Assembly (NCBI GenBank): GCA_029288835.1
Contig: JARIGN010000004.1
Coordinates: 22,313 to 86,312 of the forward strand
Direction: 5' to 3'
Length of the DNA stretch: 64,000 bases
Origin: Candidatus Kaiserbacteria bacterium
Lineage (GTDB): Bacteria; Patescibacteriota; Minisyncoccia; Phycocordibacterales; Phycocordibacteraceae
Each line of letters starts with the position of its first letter. The first letter of the stretch is position 1. A program made the translations under genes and the position numbers. The notes beneath the pieces were generated by a model. It was not told the DNA's origin, searched no databases, and was given only the letters and a program-made list of their open reading frames with translations. This document shows, in pieces, positions 31,627-40,847 of the stretch.

Positions 31627-32793
31627 ATGGCTCTTTTCGCGCCGAAAAAAACTCGGACGTCCTTCGCACTTTTTGACTGTAACTCGACCTCTGTAGGAGG
31701 TGCACTTGCGCATATCGAAGGCGGCAACCTTCCGCTGATCTACTACACCGTGCGTCAGCCAATAGAGACGCGCGAGCATGAGACCTCAAGTGAAGCCATG
31801 CTCCGTACGCTTGCGTCAGTAGCCGAAGCACTCAGCACCAAGGGCGGCCCGACTCTTCGAAGCGAGACAGGTAGTGGGCATATTGACCGAGTGCTTGTGT
31901 GTATTGGGACGCCATGGCAAAAGACTTCCATCAGGATAGAAGCACTTTCAGAGCAAAAGCCATTTCTTTTTACGCAAGCGCTTGTGTCAGACATATTAAA
32001 GAAAGACACGTCTATTCCGGAAGGCTTTACCAAATCCCGCGAGAGCATCATTGGCACGCTTTTAAATGGCTACGAGACCTCCCAGCCCTATGGAAAGAAG
32101 GTAAATCGCGCGGAAATCGTGGTGCTTTCCTCCTATGTGCAAAATGATATTGCCGAGAAAATAGAGAAGGTGGTGCGCAAGACATACCATACCCACGCGC
32201 TCACCGTCACCGCTTTCGCTTCGGTTGCATACACCGCACTCCACGAGCTCTATCCTCATGAAAAAGACTTCCTCGTGCTTGAAGTGTCAGGAGAAGCTAC
32301 GGACATTGCCTTCGTGAAGCGCGGCTTTTTGGTAGACATTACTTCGCTCTCGCATGGCCTCAATGACTTGCTGCGCAGTGCAAAGACTATCGGCAAAAAA
32401 GTAACCCAGGAAGTGTCGGCGGGAGATTCGGCAACAGAGCCTACTCCTTCCTCGGGCTCCACGATGATCTTGCCGAAGCGAAATGAGGTGTTTAGTACTC
32501 ATGTTGAAGAAATCGAGAAGGAATGGCTGCAAAATATTGTGCAGGCCCTTAAAGAGGCGTCTGACCGCCATGCACTTCCGCATACGCTTTTCTTGCTTGC
32601 AGACCCTGAGGTACGCGAGTACTTGAGCCGGCTTCTCGACTCAAACAGTATGCGCTCGCTTTGGTTCTCTCAGGATCCATTGCGCATCCTGCAGGTCATT
32701 CCATCTCATTTTGCCCAGGTCGTGAAAGTGCGCGGGGAAGCAGATGGGGACGTGTACCTTGAACTCCTTGCTCTCTACAGCAGAACGCTCTAG
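31627..32793 (+). CDS. Actin-like ATPase family protein (FtsA/PilM-like)
   Basis: FALFDCNSTSVGGALAHIEG resembles the FtsA phosphate-1 motif. VLEVSGEATDIAFVKRGFL resembles phosphate-2 (DIGGGTTDIAV). ATG at 31627 preferred over TTG at 31519. Confidence 0.5.
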   Translation: MALFAPKKTRTSFALFDCNSTSVGGALAHIEGGNLPLIYYTVRQPIETREHETSSEAMLRTLASVAEALSTKGGPTLRSETGSGHIDRVLVCIGTPWQKTSIRIEALSEQKPFLFTQALVSDILKKDTSIPEGFTKSRESIIGTLLNGYETSQPYGKKVNRAEIVVLSSYVQNDIAEKIEKVVRKTYHTHALTVTAFASVAYTALHELYPHEKDFLVLEVSGEATDIAFVKRGFLVDITSLSHGLNDLLRSAKTIGKKVTQEVSAGDSATEPTPSSGSTMILPKRNEVFSTHVEEIEKEWLQNIVQALKEASDRHALPHTLFLLADPEVREYLSRLLDSNSMRSLWFSQDPLRILQVIPSHFAQVVKVRGEADGDVYLELLALYSRTL

Positions 32794-32859
32794 GGCTAAA
32801 GCCTTCTTTTATACCCACCACCGGTTTTACATCTACACAACGTTATATATACTAAAGCA

Positions 32860-34320
32860 ATGCCACGAACATTTGATGATATCATCCCACCGTCTCGCAG
32901 ACGCCGCATGGAAGAGGAGTCACAGCAAGGACAGCAGCAGATACCCGTTGAGCCCGAGCCGTATCAGCCAGCTCCTGGTCCTGTAGAAGCACCAGCAGAC
33001 GAATACGGAGAGCCAATGCCTGAGCAAGAAGCAGCAGAACCCACGAATACCACGCCACTGCCGCCAGCCTCGCATCACCACCACACTTCAAATCCATTTC
33101 CTAACACTTCCTACGCCCCAAGCTCCCGACCTAGCCAAGATTACCAGCAAGCTATGCCTCCTGCTCATCCACCACGCATCAAAATTAAGGTTGGCCGAAG
33201 TTTTCCATATGGTACGGCTTTGATTGTTCTCGTCATTATTGCCGTATGTGCCGGCGTACTCTACGCAAATGCGGGTGCTGAGGTAAAAGTGGTTCCTACC
33301 ACCCAAACCGGCTCCGTTAGCGGAGACTTTACCGCAACGCAGGGGAGCGGAAGCCTTCCATTCACCGTAGTGACATTTACTAAGACTGACAGCATGACCG
33401 TTCCTGCCGAGAGCACGACCAACGCAAGCACGAGCGCGCAGGGCACCATTGTTATCTCAAACGCCCAAACAAAGCCTCAGCAGCTCATCACCAACACGCG
33501 CTTCCAAACTGATAGCGGCCTCGTGTACCGCATCCATAGTGCTGTCACCATTCCGGCAGCTACCGCAAGCGGCCCCGGGAAAGTAACGGCTACCGTCTAT
33601 GCAGACCAGCCAGGACAAAGCTTTAACATTGGCCCTAGTAGCTTCACGCTTCCTGGCCTTAAAGGTGACCCTGCCTACACACTCGTCACTGCACAGTCTA
33701 CGGGCCCAATAGCAGGAGGATATTCGGGAGTTCGTCCATCAGTCAGTATGTCTACTGATCTTTCAACCCAGGCAAGCCTTCAGACAAAGCTCGCAAGCGA
33801 GCTCCAGGCAGGCGTTGGTACCAAGCTACCGCAGGGCTATGTCATCATTCCGGGCGGCAGTACCACAAATTACGAAGCGCTTCCTGATACGGCTTCAAGC
33901 ACTTCGGTAGTTGTGAGCGAGCAGGGTACCGTAAATGCTATTGCATTCCCATCCTCTGCGCTTGCTCAGGCAATTGCCTATAAGATTGCAGGTACCTATT
34001 CTGGCCAGCCGGTACAGCTTTTAAGTCCTTCTACCCTCAGCCTTACCCCAGACGCTACCAGCACCAATCTTTCATCAGCGACAAGCTACTCTTTCTCGCT
34101 TTCGGGCAATGCCACGATCATTTGGCAGGTTGACCAGTCTAAGATCGCAGGTGCCGTAGCAGGAAAGACCCGTGACTCAGCACAAAGCATTTTGGCCGGT
34201 TTTCCTGAGGTTCAGAGCGCTGTCTTGACGCTTCGCCCATTCTGGGACAGTACATTCCCTCAGGATCCAAGCCATATTCACGTGATCGTGCAGCAGCCAA
34301 GCGCTACAGGAGCGAAGTAA
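32860..34320 (+). CDS. Hypothetical bitopic membrane protein: Pro-rich cytoplasmic N-terminus, one TM, Thr/Ser-rich extracytoplasmic domain (486 aa)
   Basis: TM helix ALIVLVIIAVCAGVLYA. Low-complexity composition. Directly follows the FtsA/PilM-like gene. Confidence 0.55.
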   Translation: MPRTFDDIIPPSRRRRMEEESQQGQQQIPVEPEPYQPAPGPVEAPADEYGEPMPEQEAAEPTNTTPLPPASHHHHTSNPFPNTSYAPSSRPSQDYQQAMPPAHPPRIKIKVGRSFPYGTALIVLVIIAVCAGVLYANAGAEVKVVPTTQTGSVSGDFTATQGSGSLPFTVVTFTKTDSMTVPAESTTNASTSAQGTIVISNAQTKPQQLITNTRFQTDSGLVYRIHSAVTIPAATASGPGKVTATVYADQPGQSFNIGPSSFTLPGLKGDPAYTLVTAQSTGPIAGGYSGVRPSVSMSTDLSTQASLQTKLASELQAGVGTKLPQGYVIIPGGSTTNYEALPDTASSTSVVVSEQGTVNAIAFPSSALAQAIAYKIAGTYSGQPVQLLSPSTLSLTPDATSTNLSSATSYSFSLSGNATIIWQVDQSKIAGAVAGKTRDSAQSILAGFPEVQSAVLTLRPFWDSTFPQDPSHIHVIVQQPSATGAK

Positions 34321-34375
34321 GCCAAAGACTAGTTGACGACAAATGGCTTACTTGCTACTATAAGAATCGCTACAC

Positions 34376-34588
34376 ATGGCAGAAACACAGACGGAGCCGG
34401 TAATCGGCAGAGTGGAAGAAGTCCTTCCGAATAGCCTCTTTAGAGTGCGTCTTCCGTCTGATGAGCTCGTGCTTGCGTACCTCGCCGGTAAGATGCGATT
34501 GCATCGCATTCGTGTGTTGGTGGGTGACCAGGTAGAGCTCGTTCTCGATCCATACGGCGGCAGGGCACGAGTCGTCAAAAGACTCTAG
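34376..34588 (+). CDS. infA: Translation initiation factor IF-1
   Basis: S1-like. VIGRVEEVLPNSLFRVRLPSDELVLAYLAGKMR. Confidence 0.9.
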   Translation: MAETQTEPVIGRVEEVLPNSLFRVRLPSDELVLAYLAGKMRLHRIRVLVGDQVELVLDPYGGRARVVKRL

Positions 34589-34627
34589 TCAGCAAAATTT
34601 TGCAAACTTATTAATTTATTGATTACG

Positions 34628-34744
34628 ATGAAAGTACGCGCTTCAATCAAAAAGCAGCAACCAGGAGACATTCTCGTCCGCCGCCGCGGCCGTCTTTATC
34701 GTATTAATAAGATTAACCCGCGCCGCAAGGCTCGCCAGGGCTAA
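34628..34744 (+). CDS. rpmJ: Ribosomal protein L36, zinc-independent (C-minus) form (38 aa)
   Basis: Hand-translated [44 protein letters not shown]...RQG framing is present but the Cys/His ligands are absent. Too short for the ORF track. Confidence 0.7.
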   Translation: MKVRASIKKQQPGDILVRRRGRLYRINKINPRRKARQG

Positions 34745-34765
34745 CATTTCCGTAATCTATTCACT

Positions 34766-35146
34766 ATGCGTATCGCCGGAGTAACTCTTCCTGATGACAA
34801 GCAGCTTGCCTACTCGCTGCCTATTATCGTTGGTATTGGACCATCACGTGCTCGCGAAATCTTGAAGCAGGCAAAGGTCGCTCCAACCAAGAAGGGGTCT
34901 GAGCTTACCGCTGATGAAGAGCAGACTATCCGCACCCTCGCTGAAAGCTTCACTATCGAAGGTGAGCTTCGTCGCGAGGTAGGGCAGAACATTAAGCGCC
35001 TTAAGGACATTCGTGCAGCACGCGGCATTCGCCATGAGCGCCGCCTTCCGGTTCGCAATGGTCGCACCAAGACCAACTCTCGCACGGTTCGTGGAAACAC
35101 CCGTAAGACTATGGGTTCAGGTCGCCGCACGCTTGAGAAGACATAA
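34766..35146 (+). CDS. rpsM: Ribosomal protein S13
   Basis: MRIAGVTLPDDKQLAYSLPIIVGIG. Confidence 0.95.
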   Translation: MRIAGVTLPDDKQLAYSLPIIVGIGPSRAREILKQAKVAPTKKGSELTADEEQTIRTLAESFTIEGELRREVGQNIKRLKDIRAARGIRHERRLPVRNGRTKTNSRTVRGNTRKTMGSGRRTLEKT

Positions 35147-35176
35147 AAGAGCTGCTTTTAATTTACTAAATCAACC

Positions 35177-35611
35177 ATGGGTAAGAAACGAATTATTAAG
35201 AAGTCAGGAAAGGGAATGGACCAGGGACGCAAGGAGCGAGCCCTTAACAAAGCCGTCAAAAAGCGTCTTGAGCGCGGCATTCTTCATGTCGAGGCTACCT
35301 TCAACAACACAAAAGCAGTCCTTACCGACGAAAAGGGCAACGCTATCATGGCTTCATCTGCAGGAGCACTCGGCTTCTCTGGCGCTCGAAAGTCTACTCC
35401 CTACGCAGCAGCAAAGGTTGGTGAACTTCTTGGTGATCGCGCACTCGTGATTGGCCTTAAGGAAGCAAGCGTCGTTATCCGTGGGGTTGGTGCAGGCCGT
35501 GAGTCAGTCCTTCGCGCATTCTCTGGAAAGGGTATTGGTATTAACGCTATCAAGGACGCTACACCAGTGCCGCACAACGGCCCTCGTGCAAAGAAGCCAC
35601 GTCGCGTATAG
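35177..35611 (+). CDS. rpsK: Ribosomal protein S11
   Basis: ILHVEATFNNTKAVLTDEKGNAI...GARKSTPYAA. Confidence 0.95.
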   Translation: MGKKRIIKKSGKGMDQGRKERALNKAVKKRLERGILHVEATFNNTKAVLTDEKGNAIMASSAGALGFSGARKSTPYAAAKVGELLGDRALVIGLKEASVVIRGVGAGRESVLRAFSGKGIGINAIKDATPVPHNGPRAKKPRRV

Positions 35612-35638
35612 CTCTAGCAGAATAATTATCAAATATTT

Positions 35639-36247
35639 ATGAAAGTAGGACCAAAATACAAGATCGCAAAACGCCTCGGCCCGTCAGTCTTTGAAAAGAC
35701 GCAGACGCAGAAGTTTGCTATTGCCCAGGAGCGCGCTGCAAAGAACAAGAAGCGTGGCCGTGGCCCAACCGAGTACGGAAAGCAGCTACTCGAGAAGCAA
35801 AAGGTGCGTATGACCTACGGCCTTTCTGAAAAGCAGTTCAGCAACTACATCCAGGAAGCAATGAAGACTCACGGCGTGCCTCCAACCGAAACGCTTCACC
35901 GCCTCCTTGAGCTTCGCCTTGATAACGTGGTCTATCGCATGGGTCTTGCACCGACACGCCGCGCAGCTCGCCAGATGGTCTCCCATGGTCATGTGACAGT
36001 TAACGGCGTGAAGACAACGATCCCATCTCGCCGCGTCCATCTTGGCGATGCTATATCCGTGCGCGACGGCAGCAAGAGCCGTGGGCCGTTTGAAAACCTC
36101 AGCGAAAAGCTTTCCGAGCACCGCGCTCCATCCTGGCTTACCTTCGACGCGAAGGCGATGCAGGGAGGCGTGCAGCAGATGCCAACGTTTGAAGCAACCG
36201 ACACGGCAGGAGACTTGGCATCGGTGATCTCTTTCTACTCTCGTTAG
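35639..36247 (+). CDS. rpsD: Ribosomal protein S4
   Basis: GPKYKIAKRLG start. S4 domain RLDNVVYRMGLAPTRRAARQMVSHGHV. Confidence 0.95.
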   Translation: MKVGPKYKIAKRLGPSVFEKTQTQKFAIAQERAAKNKKRGRGPTEYGKQLLEKQKVRMTYGLSEKQFSNYIQEAMKTHGVPPTETLHRLLELRLDNVVYRMGLAPTRRAARQMVSHGHVTVNGVKTTIPSRRVHLGDAISVRDGSKSRGPFENLSEKLSEHRAPSWLTFDAKAMQGGVQQMPTFEATDTAGDLASVISFYSR

Positions 36248-36328
36248 ACCGTAGAAAGAAGATTAGCAGCTCGCTCGTTTTGTTTTTGTTTAATACATTA
36301 TTCACTTTGGTTAACTAAAGATTGCGTT

Positions 36329-37300
36329 ATGGAATACCACATCACCCTACCCTCAAAGCCTCGTGTTGTCTCAGAAGAAGGCATGCTTGGCATTTACGAA
36401 ATTGACTCGCTCTATCCTGGCTATGGCCAGACCCTGGGCAACAGTCTTCGCCGCATTATTTTCTCATCGCTTCCAGGCGCTGCTATTACGTCCGTAAGGA
36501 TTGACGACGTGCAGCACGAGTTTGCAACCGTCGACGGCATTCGTGAATCAGTCATGGAAATTCTTCTTAACCTTAAGCGCGTACACTTCACGCTTCATGG
36601 TGATGAGCCACAGACTATCCGCCTTTCTATTAAAGGTCCAAAGCAGGTAACGGCTGCGGATTTCCAGACCCCAAGCCAGGTGGAGATTGCAAATCCAGAG
36701 CAGCACATCGCTGACATTTCTGGCAAGATTAATTTTGAGCTCGAAGCTACCATTGAGCGCGGCCTCGGCTACGTGCCTCGCGAAGTGCTTAACAAGGAGA
36801 AAGCAGAGATCGGTACGATCGCACTTGATGCGGCATTCACCCCTATTCGCCGTGCAAACTACGAAGTAGAAGACATGCGCGTGGGCGATCGCACCGACTA
36901 CAACCGCCTTCGCATCATCATTGAAACCAATGGCACCATTAGCCCTCGTGAAGCCCTTGAGCGCTCTATCGAGATCATGATTCACCAGCTCAAGTCTATT
37001 GTTGGCTTCCAGGAGGAAGCTGAGCTTCCTACAGCACATGCTTCGACAGCTTCAGCACATCACGAAGAAGCTGCGATGAGCGCAGAGGACGAAAGCAAGG
37101 ACACTTCCAAGATGAAGATCGATGACCTCAACCTTTCTACCCGCACCACTACCGCGCTTTCAGAAGCAGGTATCCGGACGGTAGCAGGCCTCGCCCGCAA
37201 GACGGCAGCAAGCCTTAAGGAGCTTGATGGGGTAGGAGACAAGGCTATCACCGAGATCTCTGAAGCCCTTGCAAGCCTTGGCCTATCCCTCAAGGATTAG
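36329..37300 (+). CDS. rpoA: DNA-directed RNA polymerase subunit alpha
   Basis: N-terminal dimerisation domain GQTLGNSLRRIIFSSLPGAAIT. C-terminal domain IDDLNLSTRTTTALSEAGIRTV. Confidence 0.95.
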   Translation: MEYHITLPSKPRVVSEEGMLGIYEIDSLYPGYGQTLGNSLRRIIFSSLPGAAITSVRIDDVQHEFATVDGIRESVMEILLNLKRVHFTLHGDEPQTIRLSIKGPKQVTAADFQTPSQVEIANPEQHIADISGKINFELEATIERGLGYVPREVLNKEKAEIGTIALDAAFTPIRRANYEVEDMRVGDRTDYNRLRIIIETNGTISPREALERSIEIMIHQLKSIVGFQEEAELPTAHASTASAHHEEAAMSAEDESKDTSKMKIDDLNLSTRTTTALSEAGIRTVAGLARKTAASLKELDGVGDKAITEISEALASLGLSLKD

Positions 37301-37370
37301 TAAAAAGGGCCATTATTTGACTAGGGAAGTGAAAAAAGGTAAGGTATAGCGACAAGATTTTAGATTAGGT

Positions 37371-37730
37371 ATGCGACATCACCACAAAGGACGATCATTC
37401 GGACGACCAAAGAGTCAGCGCGACGCGCTGCTTCGTTCGCTTGCCCGCTCACTCTTCCTTCACGAGACTATCTCTACAACTGACGCGAAAGCTCGTGAGC
37501 TTCGCCCGTTTGTCGAGAAAATTATCTCCCATGGCCGTGTTGATACTGTCGCAAACCGTCGCCTCGTCTCTTCTCGTATGGGCAATGATGAGGAAGTCGT
37601 AAAGAAGATCTTCACGAGCATTGGTCCTCGCTATGCTACCCGCCCAGGTGGGTACACCCGCATCGTGAAGCGCCCTATCTCAAACACCGCAAGCGATGGT
37701 CGCGAAAACGCCTACATTGCGCTCGTATAG
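37371..37730 (+). CDS. rplQ: Ribosomal protein L17
   Basis: MRHHHKGRSFGRPKSQRDALLRSLARSL. Confidence 0.9.
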   Translation: MRHHHKGRSFGRPKSQRDALLRSLARSLFLHETISTTDAKARELRPFVEKIISHGRVDTVANRRLVSSRMGNDEEVVKKIFTSIGPRYATRPGGYTRIVKRPISNTASDGRENAYIALV

Positions 37731-37746
37731 CATCCCTAGAATATTT

Positions 37747-38151
37747 ATGGCAAACACTATCGCACAAAAAGTATCCAAGCAGCGCACGCTCCAAAACGTG
37801 GAAGTAATTCGCTACACTATTGACGCTTCCGGCCGTAGCCTTGGTCGCGTCGCAAGTGAAGCTGCTTCAGCACTTCTTGGAAAGAAGTCTGCACACTATG
37901 TGCAGAACCTCGTACTTCCGGTAGAGGTTACCGTTACGAATGCTGACAAGCTCTCGCTTTCAGAGCGCCGCATCGCCGGAAAGATTTACCAGCGCTACAC
38001 CGGCTATCCAGGCGGCCTTAAGGAAACCAACATGGCTTCCATGATCGAAAAGAAAGGGAAGACCGAAGTGCTCCGCATCGCTATTGATGGCATGCTTCCG
38101 CGCAACAAGCTCCGCAAGGATCGCATGAAGCGTTTGACGATAACTGCATAG
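37747..38151 (+). CDS. rplM: Ribosomal protein L13
   Basis: IDASGRSLGRVASEAASALLGK...YQRYTGYPGG. Confidence 0.9.
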   Translation: MANTIAQKVSKQRTLQNVEVIRYTIDASGRSLGRVASEAASALLGKKSAHYVQNLVLPVEVTVTNADKLSLSERRIAGKIYQRYTGYPGGLKETNMASMIEKKGKTEVLRIAIDGMLPRNKLRKDRMKRLTITA

Positions 38152-38176
38152 TTAGCGCCACTTATTCAAATTATTT

Positions 38177-38581
38177 ATGCCTGAGAAAACACAAACCTAC
38201 ACCACTGCCGTTGGACGCCGCAAGACTGCGAGCGCTCGCGTAAAGCTCACTCCTGCAAGCAAGATGAGCATTACCGTGAATGGAAAGCCAGCAGAGCAGT
38301 ACTTCAACACGAAGGAGCGCCTTTCTATTACTGCTGACACCTTCCGCCTTGATGACGTGACCGGCACCTACGAAGTCACCGCAAAGGTTATGGGGGGAGG
38401 CATTTCTGCACAGGCAGAAGCACTTCGCCATGCTATCGCTCGTGCCCTCGTAAAGGAGAATGCAGGCCTTCGCGCACCGCTTAAGAGCGCAGGATACCTT
38501 AAGCGCGATCCTCGAGCAGTCGAGCGCAAGAAGCCAGGTCTCCGCAAAGCTCGCAAGCGCCCACAGTGGAGTAAGCGTTAG
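38177..38581 (+). CDS. rpsI: Ribosomal protein S9
   Basis: C-terminal GLRKARKRPQWSKR. Confidence 0.95.
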   Translation: MPEKTQTYTTAVGRRKTASARVKLTPASKMSITVNGKPAEQYFNTKERLSITADTFRLDDVTGTYEVTAKVMGGGISAQAEALRHAIARALVKENAGLRAPLKSAGYLKRDPRAVERKKPGLRKARKRPQWSKR

Positions 38582-38616
38582 TTTCGAAGCAAGAGCGTTT
38601 TATAAAGTTTAGCGAA

Positions 38617-38650
38617 TTGCCACATTTCCAAAGTGTGGTATTTTGCTTTT
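38617..38650 (+). terminator. Hairpin + T-run downstream of rpsI
   Basis: gccacat...gtgtggt stem followed by attttgctttt. Confidence 0.4.
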
Positions 38651-38701
38651 AGATTGTTAGCATGCTAAACGCATGCCCCTCAAAGAAGCAGGAGCTACAA
38701 A

Positions 38702-39856
38702 GTGGCGAATGAAAAGACTAACTCGTGCAATCTGGCTCAAATCTTTCCTCAAGGAGACGCTCTACTTGAGAATTGGCCAGAAAAGGATGTGACGAAGGAT
38801 ATGGTAGTGAGGGGAGTACTAAATATCATTCTTAGAAATGGCATTTCCCACTCCACAACCATAGAAAATAATATGCTGGCGGTTCCCGTTACGTTATTTT
38901 CACTCCCTGAAATAGCCAAGGATGTATTCGATTTTTACTTTAAAAAGACACCACCCTCCGGCCTGAAGGAAAATCCTCGTCTTCCCAAGAGAGAGTTTAT
39001 CTTTCCGGGCATTCTTACTGATCTTAAGAGTGGCGGTCAGTTTGAGTGGTGTGAGTTCGCCATTGAGTCCCTCATGCGATTACTACCCGGAGCGCTTGAG
39101 GACCTGAAGAACGGTATCCAGCCTTATGACTATGAAGCGTGGGTGTTGGGGTATCCCACAAATGAGTATGGCAAAGTAACTAATGACTACGCATGCACTT
39201 CACCTTATGCGCAGGTACAGTATCTGTCTGAGCTGTACCTGAGCCTTGTACAGAAAGAAATGGATGACATACCAAAGCGGGGTGCAGTACTTCGTCTCAC
39301 AGGAGTGTCCTTAGGAGCGAGCTTAGCGGCAATCGTTTCTTCTGGTTTTAACTCCAAGAGAAATAAAGTACAAGTAATACTGTATTCACCCGTTGCAATG
39401 GTTGGCATACGTCGCACTGGGCCATTAGCGTTCCCGCTCACTATTTGCGGATTGATTGCGGAGCACGCATATCACGGACTCACAAATTCAGGCACAAGAA
39501 AGCTCCGAGGAGAAATGCGCCATTTCCTCAAAAGGCTTTCCGTCATTTTATCCCATCGCATGAAAGTGCGAGATACGGGTGAAGATGCGAAATACAAGCA
39601 CAAGGCTCTCAAAAGCCTGCACAAGGCTGCTACCGCAGGCATTTGGCCTCGTGTGGGAGTTCGTGCGCGGATAGTATTGGGAAAGCATGATTTGCTAGCG
39701 CGAAGCATGTTGCGCAAGGTTAAGCGCTTTGTTCTTGACGTACCTGGGTATCAAGGAAGAACGATAGAGATGGGGCACCAACCGCCATTCTATCGTGCGA
39801 GAATGTGGCAGCACTTCGCTCGCGTGGTGAGGGTACTTGATCGTCCAGCGGAATAA
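38702..39856 (+). CDS. Alpha/beta-hydrolase-like protein (GxSxG, lipase/esterase-like), GTG start
   Basis: GVSLG nucleophile-elbow motif in LRLTGVSLGASLAAIV. 384-aa ORF. Confidence 0.45.
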   Translation: MANEKTNSCNLAQIFPQGDALLENWPEKDVTKDMVVRGVLNIILRNGISHSTTIENNMLAVPVTLFSLPEIAKDVFDFYFKKTPPSGLKENPRLPKREFIFPGILTDLKSGGQFEWCEFAIESLMRLLPGALEDLKNGIQPYDYEAWVLGYPTNEYGKVTNDYACTSPYAQVQYLSELYLSLVQKEMDDIPKRGAVLRLTGVSLGASLAAIVSSGFNSKRNKVQVILYSPVAMVGIRRTGPLAFPLTICGLIAEHAYHGLTNSGTRKLRGEMRHFLKRLSVILSHRMKVRDTGEDAKYKHKALKSLHKAATAGIWPRVGVRARIVLGKHDLLARSMLRKVKRFVLDVPGYQGRTIEMGHQPPFYRARMWQHFARVVRVLDRPAE

Positions 39857-39861
39857 CTACG

Positions 39862-39893
39862 TATGGCCGGACACATTGTCCGGCCATTTCTTT
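39862..39893 (+). terminator. Intrinsic terminator: 11-bp perfect stem (atggccggaca cat tgtccggccat) + TTTCTTT
   Basis: Seen directly in the sequence. Confidence 0.6.
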
Positions 39894-39910
39894 AGAAATA
39901 AACTTGAAAA

Positions 39911-40825
39911 ATGGCTCTTAAACGATATAGTTTCCACATGTATCAGGTACTACTTTTCTATAAATACGTGGATGTTGCTGAGCCGGAAGCGTTGGCGCAA
40001 GCACTCCGTGCAAAAGCCCAGGAACTCTCGCTTCTTGGTCGTGTTTTGGTAGCGACAGAAGGCATTAATGGCACGCTTGAAGGAAAGACCGAGGACACGG
40101 AGCAGTTTGCGAAGTGGTTTCTGTCGAAAGAATGTGCCAATGGCATTTTTTCAGATGTAAGTGTAAAGCGCAGCGAAGGAACGGGAGACGCTTTTCCGAA
40201 GCTTTCGGTAAAAGTGCGTGAGGAAATCGTCGGCACGAAGTTTTCAAAGGAGGATGCGTGCCCGCAGGTCCGCACCGCTCCGCGTATTTCTGCCGAAGAG
40301 CTTCGTAACTGGTTTGAAAATAACGAAGACTTCACCATCATCGACATGCGTAATGACTATGAATACGCTTCTGGGCATTTCAAAGGTTCTATTGATCCAG
40401 GCCTGCAGGCCTCTCGCGACCTTCCGGAAAAGCTTCCTGAGCTCGAAGCAAAGGGTTTGAAGAAAAAGAAAGTGCTCACCGTATGCACGGGTGGCATTCG
40501 CTGCGAGAAGATGTCAGCATATCTCATGAATAATGGCTTTGAAGACGTGTACCAGCTCGAGGACGGCATCCATGGTTATATGCAAAAGTATCCTGGAAAG
40601 GATTTTGTTGGAGCACTGTATACCTTTGATAAGCGAAAGACAATGGATTTTGGAGGTGAAAGGGAAGTGGTTGGCACCTGTTATTTGTGCGAGGCAAAGA
40701 CTGAAGAATACGTAAACTGCGCTAATGACCTCTGTCACCGGCATTTCCTCGTTTGCGCAGAATGCCAAACAGGACCAAAGACCTATTGCTCCGAGCTTTG
40801 CCAATATACGAAGGCATCGGTATAG
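39911..40825 (+). CDS. trhO: tRNA uridine(34) hydroxylase TrhO (YceA, rhodanese-domain; alternative start 39938)
   Basis: LLFYKYV...GRVLVATEGINGT and CTGGIRCEKMSAYLMNNGFEDVYQLEDGI are collinear with E. coli YceA. C-terminal Cys cluster. Confidence 0.8.
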   Translation: MALKRYSFHMYQVLLFYKYVDVAEPEALAQALRAKAQELSLLGRVLVATEGINGTLEGKTEDTEQFAKWFLSKECANGIFSDVSVKRSEGTGDAFPKLSVKVREEIVGTKFSKEDACPQVRTAPRISAEELRNWFENNEDFTIIDMRNDYEYASGHFKGSIDPGLQASRDLPEKLPELEAKGLKKKKVLTVCTGGIRCEKMSAYLMNNGFEDVYQLEDGIHGYMQKYPGKDFVGALYTFDKRKTMDFGGEREVVGTCYLCEAKTEEYVNCANDLCHRHFLVCAECQTGPKTYCSELCQYTKASV

Positions 40826-40847
40826 TATTTCCACTAACTACTCACCT

